Source of the DNA: Planctomycetota bacterium
GTDB taxonomy: Bacteria; Planctomycetota; UBA1135; JACQFD01
Assembly (NCBI GenBank): GCA_046160785.1
Contig: JBJXHE010000112.1
Coordinates: 77,016-141,015 of the forward strand
DNA: 64,000 bases
Direction: 5' to 3'
The position numbers and the translations under genes are program-made. Of the stretch, positions 28,088-37,072 are shown in pieces. The notes beneath the pieces were generated by a model that saw only the letters and a program-made list of their open reading frames with translations, was not told the origin of the DNA and searched no databases. Each line of letters starts with the position of its first letter. The first letter of the stretch is position 1.

Positions 28088-29857
28088 ATGCGTTTCGCGT
28101 TTCTTACAATTCTTTTATCCATATTCTTGGCATGCGCCGGCGACTCCAAGCCGGCGTCGCGGCCGCTTGAATTCAATGATGCGGCGACATCGCGAAAATT
28201 AGGCTTTGTTGCAACGTGCGGAACGCCCGCGAAAGTTGACATTGTCGAAACGAATGGCACCGGCGCAGCGGCCGCCGACTTCGACCTCGATGGCGATCTC
28301 GATCTTTTCTTTGCGCAGGGTTCCACGCTCGACGCGATCAACGCGGGCGGCGGCGCGGCGCCCGAATTGTGGCTTTTCGACAATCAACAATTCTTAAAGC
28401 TAACAACCGAAACTACACTACAAAAAACGCTCGGTTGGTGGACGGGCGTCGCGGCGGGAGACGCGGACGGCGACGGCGATATTGATATTTATCTTTGCGG
28501 ATATTTGAAGAGTGTATATTTACGAAATGATACATCACAAAATGCCGCTGGCGTTCCAACGGTAAAATTTACAGATGCAACGCGTGCCGCCGGCCTCGAG
28601 GACTACGGATGGGCGACGGGCGCGTGCTGGTTCGACGCCGACGGCGACGCCGATCTCGATTTATATCTTGTGCGCTATTTGGAGCTTGATCCGAAACGGC
28701 CGCCGCGCGGGACCGTCGGATCATTGCATTTGCCATGCGCGTGGCGCGGCCTCCCGGTTTTCTGCGGCCCGCGCGGATTTGTAGCGACGCCCGACCGGTT
28801 CTTTAAGAATCAGGGCGGCGGAACATTTGTAGAATCCACCGGCGACAGCGGATTTGATACAGCGCCCGCGTCGTACGGGCTCGGCGTTTGTCCCGTCGAC
28901 TTCGACCGCGACGGCGATCTCGATTTGTATATTGCTAACGATAGCAAAGCTAATTTTCTGTGGCGCAACGACGGCGGCAAATTTGTTGAATGCGCGTTCG
29001 AAACGGGCGTCGGACTCGGCGAGGACGGTTCGACGTACGCAGGCATGGGAGTCGCCGCCGACGACGCAACGGGCGACGGGTGTCCTGAAATTGTAGTTAC
29101 TAATTTTTCGGACGAGCCCGTCAGTGTTTACAAAAACCGGCTGAAGGCGGCGCCCGGTTTTGTTACATTTGATAACATTTCAGCGACGTCCGGCGTCGGC
29201 GCCGAGACGATGGCAACGTTAAAATGGGGCGTCGACCTCGCCGATTTTGACCTCGACGGCGACCTCGATTTATTTATAGCGAACGGACACGTCTACCCGC
29301 AGGCGGATTCGCCCAACACGGGAACGCAATATAAACAACAAAATCAAATATTTCTAAACGACGGTTTTGGTAAATTTACACTTTGGCGTCCGTCCGCGGG
29401 ATCGCCGCTTCTCGAACGGCGGTCGCACCGCGCGCTCGCGCTCCTCGATTTTGACGACGACGGAGATTGCGATATTCTTATCATTCCGGTCGACGGCCCC
29501 GCTGTTTTGTTAGAAAACGCGGCGCCGCTTCCGTCGCTTGGCGGCCGCGCGCGGGCTCGAATATTGTTACAATCGAAAAGTAAAAATACAGAAGCGATCG
29601 GCGCGTCCGTGACGCTCGCAGCAGGCGGAATATTACAAACGCGCGACGTGCGCCGCGCGGGATCGTACGCGTCGTCTCGCGATCCGCGCCTGTGTTTCGG
29701 TCTCGGTTCGGCCGCGGAAATTGATAAGATTGAAATCCGCTGGCCTGGCGGAAAAACCGAAACGATACCCGGCGCCGGGCTCGTCAATTGTAATATAACA
29801 ATCGTCGAGGGCGCGGGCGTCGTATCTAAAATCCCCATTCGCGGCGCCGTAAAGTAA
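28088..29857 (+). CDS. FG-GAP/VCBS repeat protein with an ASPIC/UnbV C-terminal domain (CRTAC1-like)
   Basis: 589 aa with a signal peptide. Repeated D.DGDLD calcium-binding FG-GAP motifs. C-terminus AIGASVTLAAGG..QTRDVRRAGSYASSRDPRLCFGLG...IEIRWPGG. Confidence 0.8.
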   Translation: MRFAFLTILLSIFLACAGDSKPASRPLEFNDAATSRKLGFVATCGTPAKVDIVETNGTGAAAADFDLDGDLDLFFAQGSTLDAINAGGGAAPELWLFDNQQFLKLTTETTLQKTLGWWTGVAAGDADGDGDIDIYLCGYLKSVYLRNDTSQNAAGVPTVKFTDATRAAGLEDYGWATGACWFDADGDADLDLYLVRYLELDPKRPPRGTVGSLHLPCAWRGLPVFCGPRGFVATPDRFFKNQGGGTFVESTGDSGFDTAPASYGLGVCPVDFDRDGDLDLYIANDSKANFLWRNDGGKFVECAFETGVGLGEDGSTYAGMGVAADDATGDGCPEIVVTNFSDEPVSVYKNRLKAAPGFVTFDNISATSGVGAETMATLKWGVDLADFDLDGDLDLFIANGHVYPQADSPNTGTQYKQQNQIFLNDGFGKFTLWRPSAGSPLLERRSHRALALLDFDDDGDCDILIIPVDGPAVLLENAAPLPSLGGRARARILLQSKSKNTEAIGASVTLAAGGILQTRDVRRAGSYASSRDPRLCFGLGSAAEIDKIEIRWPGGKTETIPGAGLVNCNITIVEGAGVVSKIPIRGAVK

Positions 29858-29877
29858 GTATCAAATAAAACGCATCC

Positions 29878-31158
29878 TTGAATCCAAACTTGAACACGAC
29901 CCGCGCGTCTCTTCCGCACGTTCGACTCAAAACCTCGGCGACAGGTTTGCGTCCGTGGATTTATCGTAAAATGGTCGCGGCGAATCCAAATGTAGCCAAT
30001 GGATCGTTAGTGGCAATCTACGGAAAGCCGCATACCGCGAGAGTCATCGAACCGGCCCCCGGCAGCGAGCATCTCTCGCAGGTGCGCGACGGCGAAATTG
30101 ATGCAAGCCACGCGGGCGTCGTCGCGCACGGTTTCTATAATTATAATTCACAGATAGGCCTGCGAATTATTCGATGGGGCGCGGAACCCGTAGACGAGGA
30201 ATACTTACGAAAACGCATTCGCGATGCTATTTATCTCCGCACGCAATTCTTACAACTCGACTCGGTGTCGAACGCGTACCGGCTCGTGAACAGCGAGGGC
30301 GACGAGCTTTCGGGCCTGATCGTCGATCGCTACAATAATATTGCAAGTATCGAAATCCATGCGCTCGCGTGGCACCGCCGGATTGCTATGATTGAGGAAG
30401 TTGTTAAGAAAGAACTCGGCGTGGAGCGCGTCGTTGTGCGCGTCGACGAAAAGGTGGAGCGCGCCGAGGGATTCCGCGCGCGACCGCGGCCCGAAGATAC
30501 AAATGCAAAAACCGAAATTGTAGAAAACGGCGTTAAATTTTTAATAGATTTCGACGCCGGCCACAAAACAGGCGCGTTTCTCGATCAGCGCGACAACCGC
30601 GAATATCTAACAAAGTTTGTTAAGAATCGCGACGTCCTCGATATTTGTTGTTATCAAGGCGGATTTGCAATTCCGGCCGCCGTACGCGGACAGGCCGGCC
30701 GCGTCGTGGCCGTCGACCTCGACGAGGACGCGATCGCGATTGCTAAGAAAAACGCCGAACGCAACGCGGCAAAGCGGATCGAATTTGTACATTCCGACGG
30801 ATTTGATTATTTGCGCGGAATTGCAGCATCAAAGCGCCGGTTCGACCTCGTCGTGCTCGATCCTCCAAAACTCGTCGCATCGAAGGGCGACCTCCATCGC
30901 GGATCCTCAAAATATACAGATCTGAACGAACTCGGAATGCGCGCGATTAGGAATCACGGCCTTTTGTTTACATGTTCATGTTCGGGTCTTGTGCCCGAAG
31001 ATTTATTTTTAGGATATTTACGAAAGGCCGCCGCGCGTGCGAAACGGCGCGTTCGAATATTAGATATTCGAGGAGCAGGGCCCGACCACCCCGTGTCGCC
31101 GCAGTTCCCCCAGGGAAAGTATCTAAAATGCGTGCTTGCGTCGGTTGAAGAAATATGA
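29878..31158 (+). CDS. Class I SAM-dependent rRNA (cytosine-C5) methyltransferase, RlmI-like (PUA + MTase)
   Basis: 426 aa. YRLVNSEGDELSGLIVDRY, KTGAFLDQRDNR, VLDICCYQGGFA, VVLDPPK. The track start is TTG, so the exact start is uncertain. Confidence 0.75.
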   Translation: MNPNLNTTRASLPHVRLKTSATGLRPWIYRKMVAANPNVANGSLVAIYGKPHTARVIEPAPGSEHLSQVRDGEIDASHAGVVAHGFYNYNSQIGLRIIRWGAEPVDEEYLRKRIRDAIYLRTQFLQLDSVSNAYRLVNSEGDELSGLIVDRYNNIASIEIHALAWHRRIAMIEEVVKKELGVERVVVRVDEKVERAEGFRARPRPEDTNAKTEIVENGVKFLIDFDAGHKTGAFLDQRDNREYLTKFVKNRDVLDICCYQGGFAIPAAVRGQAGRVVAVDLDEDAIAIAKKNAERNAAKRIEFVHSDGFDYLRGIAASKRRFDLVVLDPPKLVASKGDLHRGSSKYTDLNELGMRAIRNHGLLFTCSCSGLVPEDLFLGYLRKAAARAKRRVRILDIRGAGPDHPVSPQFPQGKYLKCVLASVEEI

Positions 31159-32222
31159 ATATTCCGGCGAAGATCACTTATTTAATAATTAGTCTTTCGC
31201 TGGCGCTCGTCCAATCGCCGGCCGGCAAGGAAATTTCGAAGGAAGTTTCGCGCGCGCGCGATTTGATATTACAACAAAAACACGCCGAGGCGCTCGCGGC
31301 CCTCGAACCGCTGGCGGCATCCAATCCCTCGGACGTGCTCGTCAACGAACTTCGTTCGTTAGCATTACTGGAATTGCATCGTTACGGCGAAGCCAAGGTC
31401 ATTTTTGAAAAGTTAAAATTGCTTGAACCGCGCAGCGAAGCGCACCGCATCGGGCTCGCGCGCGCTCTCGAAATGTTAGGAAACCACGACGGCGCGGCGG
31501 CCGAGCTCGAAGGCGCGCTGCAGTTGAATGCAACAAATCCCGACGCGCTTTTTAGTATTGGACAAATCGAGGTTCGCCGCGGTAATGATACAAAAGCGAA
31601 AGATTATTTTACCAAATCGCTCGTGCACGCGGAGTGGAGCAACACGGCTCCGGGCGCGCACTACGCATTATCACAAATAGCCGCGCGCGCGGGCGACGCC
31701 GCCGAATCGCGGCGCCAGCGAGATTTATATCATATTAAGTTCAAGTGGGCCGAGAAGCGCAGCGCGTACGAAAAAAGAATTGCTATCAATTCCGGCGACG
31801 CCTCCGCGTTTCGCGCGCTCGCCGCGCTCTATCGCGAAGCGGGCGACGGCAAATCCGCCGTGCGTCTTCTCGAGGGCGTCGCGCGAGCCATGCCGCTCGA
31901 TTTATTGTTAAAGATTGAATTCGCGGAATCGAAGGAACTCGCCAGCGATCGCAAAGGAGCGATGTCGGCCGCTGAGGACGCGCTCAAGGTGAATGCTAAT
32001 TTTCTGCCCGCGCTGCGGTGGAAGGCGCACGCATTGGTACAATCCAGCGAATTGTTAGAAGCCCTTCAAATACTACAACGCGCCGCCGACCTCGATCCGA
32101 ACGCGAGCGCCGAACCGAAGTTGCGGGGCGTTACGGACGAATTAATAGTAAAATTACAAAATTCGAATCATCCGGATATTCTTGAAGCGGCGAAAAAGCT
32201 AAGAAAGAGCCTCGGCAAGTAG
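31155..32222 (+). CDS. Secreted TPR-repeat protein
   Basis: 355 aa. Signal-like N-terminus and repeated A..Y/L..A..P TPR-type helices. ATGA overlap with the upstream gene. Confidence 0.7.
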   Translation: MNIPAKITYLIISLSLALVQSPAGKEISKEVSRARDLILQQKHAEALAALEPLAASNPSDVLVNELRSLALLELHRYGEAKVIFEKLKLLEPRSEAHRIGLARALEMLGNHDGAAAELEGALQLNATNPDALFSIGQIEVRRGNDTKAKDYFTKSLVHAEWSNTAPGAHYALSQIAARAGDAAESRRQRDLYHIKFKWAEKRSAYEKRIAINSGDASAFRALAALYREAGDGKSAVRLLEGVARAMPLDLLLKIEFAESKELASDRKGAMSAAEDALKVNANFLPALRWKAHALVQSSELLEALQILQRAADLDPNASAEPKLRGVTDELIVKLQNSNHPDILEAAKKLRKSLGK

Positions 32223-32236
32223 CGAGAACCTGGAAT

Positions 32237-33316
32237 CTACTTTTCCACGGGAAGTTTTAGTGAATTCCACCGAACCATCCCGCCCGCCATCGATTGTACA
32301 TTTGTAAATCCTGCGGCATTGAGCGTTGCCGCGGCCTGCGCCGAACGGCCGCCCATCTTACAAATTGTTATAACGGGCTTATTGATATAATCGCGAATTT
32401 CGTGAAGGCGCGCCGAAAGCTCCGGAAGCGGGATCAGCTTCGTTCCGCCGACGTGTCCGAGTTCGCCCGTGTATTCGTCGGGATTGCGAACGTCCAGAAT
32501 AAGGTCGGGTCGTTTTGTAGTTATCAATTCAGAAACCTGTTCCGGTGTTATCATACGAACCGCGGCCGTGTTGAGACCGGCGGCAGGCGCGGCTTTCACT
32601 TCGCAAGTATTATTTTCCTGCGGAATTGTAACGGCGTTCGGATCGCGCGTTCCGGCAATATTAGCTTTGACGACGTCGACCATCCAACCCGCCGGACCCA
32701 ACTGAAACTGGCTGAGCCATTGGATATATTCATTCCGCGAACGAGGCGAGAAGCGCTGATTGCGTTTGCGTTCTTCGCCGAGCGTTGACGATTGTTTACA
32801 ATGGTAGTCGTGGCCTGGAAACACAAGCGTCGCGTCGGGTAATTGTTGCATTTTTTGTAGTGAATCAAAATGTTCGCCCGCGTCGCCGCCAAACAAATCC
32901 GTGCGCCCCGCGCCGCCTTCGCCAATGAACAGAAAATCTCCCGTCAAAATTCGATCGTTTAAAACAACAGTCACGCTGTCGCGCGTGTGCCCGGGCGTAT
33001 GCAATACTTTAATAGATAAATCGCCGAGCGATAAAGTTTCGCCGTCTTTGATCTTAACATTCGCGCACGATGACGAGGCGTTTTGATGCATCAAATAATT
33101 CGCGCCCGTCTTGTCGCGCAGCGCCGCGCAACCCGAGAGATGATCCGCGTGGACGTGCGTGTCGAGAACGTAACGCAATTGAAGCTTTCGCTTTTGAAGC
33201 TCCGCAAGATACAAATCCACATACTGCAAAACGGGGTCGACGAGCATCGCCTCGTGCGACTCGGACGCGATTAGATAGGTTTTACAGGCGCCGGGATTGA
33301 GTTGCTCAAAAAGCAT
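32237..33316 (-). CDS. MBL-fold metallo-hydrolase (persulfide dioxygenase-like) fused to a rhodanese domain
   Basis: 359 aa. THVHADH metal motif and HTPGHT. The C-terminal rhodanese segment is LDVRNPDEY...ITICKMGGRSAQAA. Confidence 0.8.
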   Translation of the reverse strand: MLFEQLNPGACKTYLIASESHEAMLVDPVLQYVDLYLAELQKRKLQLRYVLDTHVHADHLSGCAALRDKTGANYLMHQNASSSCANVKIKDGETLSLGDLSIKVLHTPGHTRDSVTVVLNDRILTGDFLFIGEGGAGRTDLFGGDAGEHFDSLQKMQQLPDATLVFPGHDYHCKQSSTLGEERKRNQRFSPRSRNEYIQWLSQFQLGPAGWMVDVVKANIAGTRDPNAVTIPQENNTCEVKAAPAAGLNTAAVRMITPEQVSELITTKRPDLILDVRNPDEYTGELGHVGGTKLIPLPELSARLHEIRDYINKPVITICKMGGRSAQAAATLNAAGFTNVQSMAGGMVRWNSLKLPVEK

Positions 33317-33373
33317 TATGATATTTTATTGTAAGTATTGGGATCATTGACGAAATGCAGCCGCGCCGATCCT

Positions 33374-33414
33374 ACAACAAAAGAGGCGCGCGCGCGAGTC
33401 AGCCCGCGCGCGCA
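33374..33414 (-). terminator. Intrinsic terminator downstream of hsp20
   Basis: Minus-strand 9-bp alternating GC stem (33386-33394 pairs with 33405-33413) with a 10-nt loop, followed by CTCTTTTGTTG. Confidence 0.6.
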
Positions 33415-33433
33415 CACAACATTAGTTAACGGT

Positions 33434-33895
33434 TTAGAGCGTCTTCACTTTGACTTCGTGCGGCTTGGCCTCGGAACGCTTCGGAATCGATACATCGAGA
33501 ATTCCATTCGAGAGAACGGCCTCGATGCGCCCCGTATCCGCGGCCGCGGGCAGGCGGAAGGATCGTTGCCATTTGCCGAAACGGCGTTCCGTGAAATGGA
33601 CGTGGTCCTTTTCCGAACGGACAGATTCTATCTTTTCGCCCGCGATCGTTAACAATTCGCCGGAGACTTGAATATTAAAATTCTTGGCTTCGAGGCCCGG
33701 CACTTCGGCTTGTAAACGATACTGATCCTGCGTTTCTGTTAATTCGATGGAAGGCCACGACGCAAGCTCTGGCGCCGTCGTTCCATTATAATTGTCCTCC
33801 GCGCACCGCGCCTGGCGGTCGAATTCGCGGGTGAGCAGGCCAAACGGAGAATCTAAGTATCCAATTTCACGCAGACGTGGAAGTAACATGATCAA
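33434..33895 (-). CDS. Hsp20/alpha-crystallin small heat-shock protein
   Basis: 153 aa. The alpha-crystallin domain runs PSIELTETQDQYRLQAEVPGL...FERRFRLP...GILDVSIPK. Confidence 0.85.
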   Translation of the reverse strand: MIMLLPRLREIGYLDSPFGLLTREFDRQARCAEDNYNGTTAPELASWPSIELTETQDQYRLQAEVPGLEAKNFNIQVSGELLTIAGEKIESVRSEKDHVHFTERRFGKWQRSFRLPAAADTGRIEAVLSNGILDVSIPKRSEAKPHEVKVKTL

Positions 33896-34130
33896 AGTTC
33901 CTTTTGTTGTAGATGTAGAAAGTGGGTGTGCAAAAGTAATCTTTACTTAAAACAATTAGTTATGTTGAACGTGCCCTTTTAGATAGTTGTTATTTTGACA
34001 TTCTGTAGCCATGGTTTTCCTAGAATTGCAACGACTGTGCCGCACTGTTCATCACTACTGATCCGCGCGGGAGTGCCTTTTTGACAGCGCATACTTGCCG
34101 CGCGCGCCGCTTCAAAGTACCTTCGCCCGC

Positions 34131-36536
34131 ATGCACCCCACAATTCGTACATTGGTCGAAAAGGCCGTTGCATTCGTCGCAGCGGGTTTACTCATGATCG
34201 GCGCTGCGTCCTCGGCCGGCGCACAATCAACGCTACAACTAAACGGCGAGACTTCGCTGACGCTTCCGCCCGGCGCCGGAATTATAGTAACTGCAAAATT
34301 AAAACCGCTTGCGCTCGGCGGAATTGTATACGACGAATTCGCGGGCCCCACCGACTTCTTCGGCGAGCTCGTTCCCGTCGCGTTTTCGAGTTCGATGGGT
34401 GTGCTTGCCGGTCCGATGACCGTTCCCGCAAGCGGAACAATATTATTATCGACGGCGGTTCCAGCCGACGCCGCGCTTCTCGGCAAGACTTTTTATTTAG
34501 TAGGTTTCGCTCTCGACAATGCCGACCCGAACGGAATCGCGTTTACAAATGGCGCGTCGGTCAAAGTTGAAAAATTAACAAGCGCGGGAATCGACCAGGC
34601 CGCGTTCCTCGGTTCGCAGGTTGTATTAGATGGAAGCGCGAATGCATCAAATAACGGCGCACTCGCTCCCGGAGAAATATTAACATGGCAAGTATTGAGC
34701 CGCCCGGCCGGCAGCGTCGCGCCGTTATTAAATAATTTTTCGATGTTTCCGGTGATCGTTCCCGACGTCGCGGGAAAGTATCAATTCAAGGCAACATTAC
34801 TAAAAAACGGCGTCGCGCAGACTTCTGATACTACAGAACTCACTGCGTTTTCGATTGCGGGCGTTTCGCCCGCCGAAGGTTCGATCGTCGCGGGGAGCAG
34901 TTTTTGGATCTACGGAACCGCTACGCCTGCCGATCAGTACTTGGCATTCGCAATTGATGGAAACGTAATTTCATTAACACCCACGGGGCTGTTTATCGGG
35001 CCGTTGTATACATTCGATCCGGGCTCGCCTGCGAGATCGTATACGATTCAGGCGGTCGACCTCAACGGCGCCATTGCTACAAAACGCGTCACGGTCCTGC
35101 ATGGATCGGCGGCGCCAACGGCGAGTTCGCTTTCACAGGCCGTTCGCGCGAATATTACAAATGCGGGATTTCAGAAAGTATCTAATCTCGTTCTGGCGCA
35201 GCTCAACGCGCTCGATCTCAACGCTGCAATTGTTAATTCGGTGCCGGCCATGCAGGTCGCCGATTTTTTTATTGGCGTTGCGTACGCGAAACCGAGCAGC
35301 GCAACACACGGGCCGTACACGGTCTCAATGACACCCACCGCGAACGACGTGGACGCTAAAATTACAATTTCTGATCTTCATATTAATATGAATTTCTGGG
35401 GAACGCTTTTTACAGTTCCGTGGTCGACCACCGGCTACATTCGTGCCGATCTTGTGACGCTCACGTCGAATGCTACATTTCCGATTCAAAACGGTAAACT
35501 AACCGTTGCGCTTTCGCCGGCGCAAATTGCTATATCCGGTTTTTCGTATGATGTAAGCAATATCCCGTTTGATATTGATCAGGCGTTTACCGGGACGGTT
35601 TACGACGCCGCGCTCTCGGCGCTTCAATCGGCCGTCGATCCGCTTCTCGAGAGCGTACTTTCGAGCGGGTTTGAAGTGGATTTAACACATGTCGGATTTG
35701 AATTATTAGGAAAGTCGCTCGATTTAAATATTCCGTTCGAAACTGTTAGTTATTCGACGCAGGGAATTTCTGCGACGGCCAGCGGATTTGTTACAAATCT
35801 TTCGCCGTCGACCGGCCCTGCGCTTCCAAACTACATTTCCGGCGCCGGAGCGCTTGCTAATTTTGGAACGACAACGCCGGCGGGCGCGAGCTACGACGTC
35901 GGAACGGGAACGCGCACGGACGCGCTCAATTTATTTTTAGCAAGGCTCACGCAAGCGGGAGTCTTTACAACCAATCTTCTTAACATTTCCAGCGCGTTCG
36001 GATTGCCGCTTGGGTCGGCACCTCTCACCGCGAACGATCTCGCTTCCATCCTGCCGAGCGCAGGATTTGAATTGTTGCCTCCGGGTCAGATTATTAATAT
36101 TGTGTTTTCGCCGAAAGTTGCGCCGATCGCGAAAGTCTTAACATCGGGCCCGGCAAACGCGCACCTCGATTTTCCGGGCGTGCGCGTCGATTTCTTAACA
36201 AAACCATTCTTAGGTTCCACCGAGGTTCCGATTCTTTCGTTAATGTTAGACTTGCGTGCCGATCTAACAACTGGATTCAACGGCTCCGCGCTGAACCTTG
36301 CCGTTTCGACGATCGACGTGAATGCTACACTTCTTTCCGGCCTGCCGTCTGTCGATCTCATATCATTAGGATCCGGAATCCAACAGGTCGGCAGCGTCCT
36401 CGGCTCCGCGCTCGCCGGCGCGCTTGGCGAATTCACGCTTCCTACCTTTGACTTCAACGGAGTTGTTATATCCCCCATCTCCGTCGGTCCGTTCGGCGGC
36501 TCCTCCGGCCTGGCTGCTTGGACCCAATTTAATTAA
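34131..36536 (+). CDS. Large secreted hypothetical protein
   Basis: The track ORF is 34095..36536. I prefer the internal ATG (MHPTIRTLVEKAVAFVAAGLLMIGAASSAGAQS), which gives a clean signal peptide. The protein is Ser/Thr/Ala/Gly-rich and beta-type; I do not recognise a family. Confidence 0.6.
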   Translation: MHPTIRTLVEKAVAFVAAGLLMIGAASSAGAQSTLQLNGETSLTLPPGAGIIVTAKLKPLALGGIVYDEFAGPTDFFGELVPVAFSSSMGVLAGPMTVPASGTILLSTAVPADAALLGKTFYLVGFALDNADPNGIAFTNGASVKVEKLTSAGIDQAAFLGSQVVLDGSANASNNGALAPGEILTWQVLSRPAGSVAPLLNNFSMFPVIVPDVAGKYQFKATLLKNGVAQTSDTTELTAFSIAGVSPAEGSIVAGSSFWIYGTATPADQYLAFAIDGNVISLTPTGLFIGPLYTFDPGSPARSYTIQAVDLNGAIATKRVTVLHGSAAPTASSLSQAVRANITNAGFQKVSNLVLAQLNALDLNAAIVNSVPAMQVADFFIGVAYAKPSSATHGPYTVSMTPTANDVDAKITISDLHINMNFWGTLFTVPWSTTGYIRADLVTLTSNATFPIQNGKLTVALSPAQIAISGFSYDVSNIPFDIDQAFTGTVYDAALSALQSAVDPLLESVLSSGFEVDLTHVGFELLGKSLDLNIPFETVSYSTQGISATASGFVTNLSPSTGPALPNYISGAGALANFGTTTPAGASYDVGTGTRTDALNLFLARLTQAGVFTTNLLNISSAFGLPLGSAPLTANDLASILPSAGFELLPPGQIINIVFSPKVAPIAKVLTSGPANAHLDFPGVRVDFLTKPFLGSTEVPILSLMLDLRADLTTGFNGSALNLAVSTIDVNATLLSGLPSVDLISLGSGIQQVGSVLGSALAGALGEFTLPTFDFNGVVISPISVGPFGGSSGLAAWTQFN

Positions 36537-36556
36537 GTCCGTCGCTCCCGCGAGGG

Positions 36557-36605
36557 CCCGGTGTGTATCGCGTGCTCGCGCGCGATACAGCGATACACCA
36601 CCGGG
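36557..36605 (+). other. Hairpin 21 nt after the stop of the 34131..36536 gene; shares a 15-mer with the 150-bp repeat family
   Basis: cccggtgtgtatcgc (36557-36571) pairs with gcgatacaccaccggg (36590-36605) with one bulge. The interior cgcgtgctcgcgcgc is identical to 9519-9533 of repeat copy 1. Confidence 0.5.
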
Positions 36606-36624
36606 AATATTAATAACGAGCAGG

Positions 36625-36664
36625 GAGGGGGTCAGGCACTCCTAACTAGAGTGCCTGACCCCTC
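36625..36664. repeat. Hairpin element GGGGTCAGGCACTC-ctaacta-GAGTGCCTGACCCC, copy 1
   Basis: A 14-bp perfect stem, extendable to 16 bp with one bulged G, and a 7-nt loop. Confidence 0.7.
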
Positions 36665-36726
36665 TAAATTTGAGAACGTTGTTAATAAAGAAGTTGTGCC
36701 TGCACAGCGACAGTTGTGTCCCATTG

Positions 36727-36762
36727 GGTTCCAGGCACCCCTAATTGAAGTGCCTGACCCCG
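36727..36762. repeat. Degenerate second copy of the GTCAGGCAC/GTGCCTGAC hairpin element
   Basis: ggttccaggcacccctaattgaagtgcctgaccccgg. The right arm gtgcctgacccc is identical to copy 1. The left arm is partly mutated, leaving a 7-bp core stem. Confidence 0.55.
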
Positions 36763-36883
36763 GTCGTCCCCGTCGTCATTGACGGCGCGTATGAAGGAGC
36801 GGAGCGAAGCGACGCTCCTTCTCGCGCCGCCGTGGTCACCCTCCACTCGGAGAGTGTCAAAATGCTGCGCCTCATAACAAATC

Positions 36884-37033
36884 GCGGCGAGGGCTGCGCG
36901 CGCGCGCAGCGCGCATCGGTGCGCGGTCTTGGACGCTACTTATCGCCGAGCGCGGCAGTGGTCCAGGCGCGCCTGTGTTTACTAATACTCCGGCGCCACG
37001 GTTATGCGCGCGAGCACGTGCAACCCTCGCCGC
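36884..37033 (-). repeat. 150-bp GC-rich palindromic intergenic element, copy 2 (inverted relative to copy 1)
   Basis: The reverse complement aligns to 9505-9654. Block A 36992-37020 vs 9519-9547 matches 28/29. Block B 36945-36966 vs 9573-9594 matches 21/22. Block C 36904-36926 vs 9613-9635 matches 22/23. The terminal arms gcggcgagggctgc (36884-36897) and gcaaccctcgccgc (37020-37033) pair at 13/14 but differ in sequence from the arms of copy 1. Confidence 0.7.
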
Positions 37034-37072
37034 GTTCAAGGCCTGAACCCTGCTAACTCCCTGCCGCTCCGC

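Noticed and set aside
33896-34094. An A/T-rich divergent region upstream of hsp20, inspected for a CIRCE/HAIR heat-shock operator or a clear sigma-32 or sigma-70 promoter.
   Set aside because: There is no TTAGCACTC-N9-GAGTGCTAA-like inverted repeat. The only TTGACA...TAGAAT pair has a ~20-nt spacer, which is too long to call with confidence.
36561-37056. 73-aa and 103-aa plus-strand ORFs in the convergent intergenic region.
   Set aside because: They are built from the palindromic repeat and hairpin sequences and have no recognisable protein features. The same DNA occurs inverted at 9505-9654, where it is not in any ORF of the same frame.
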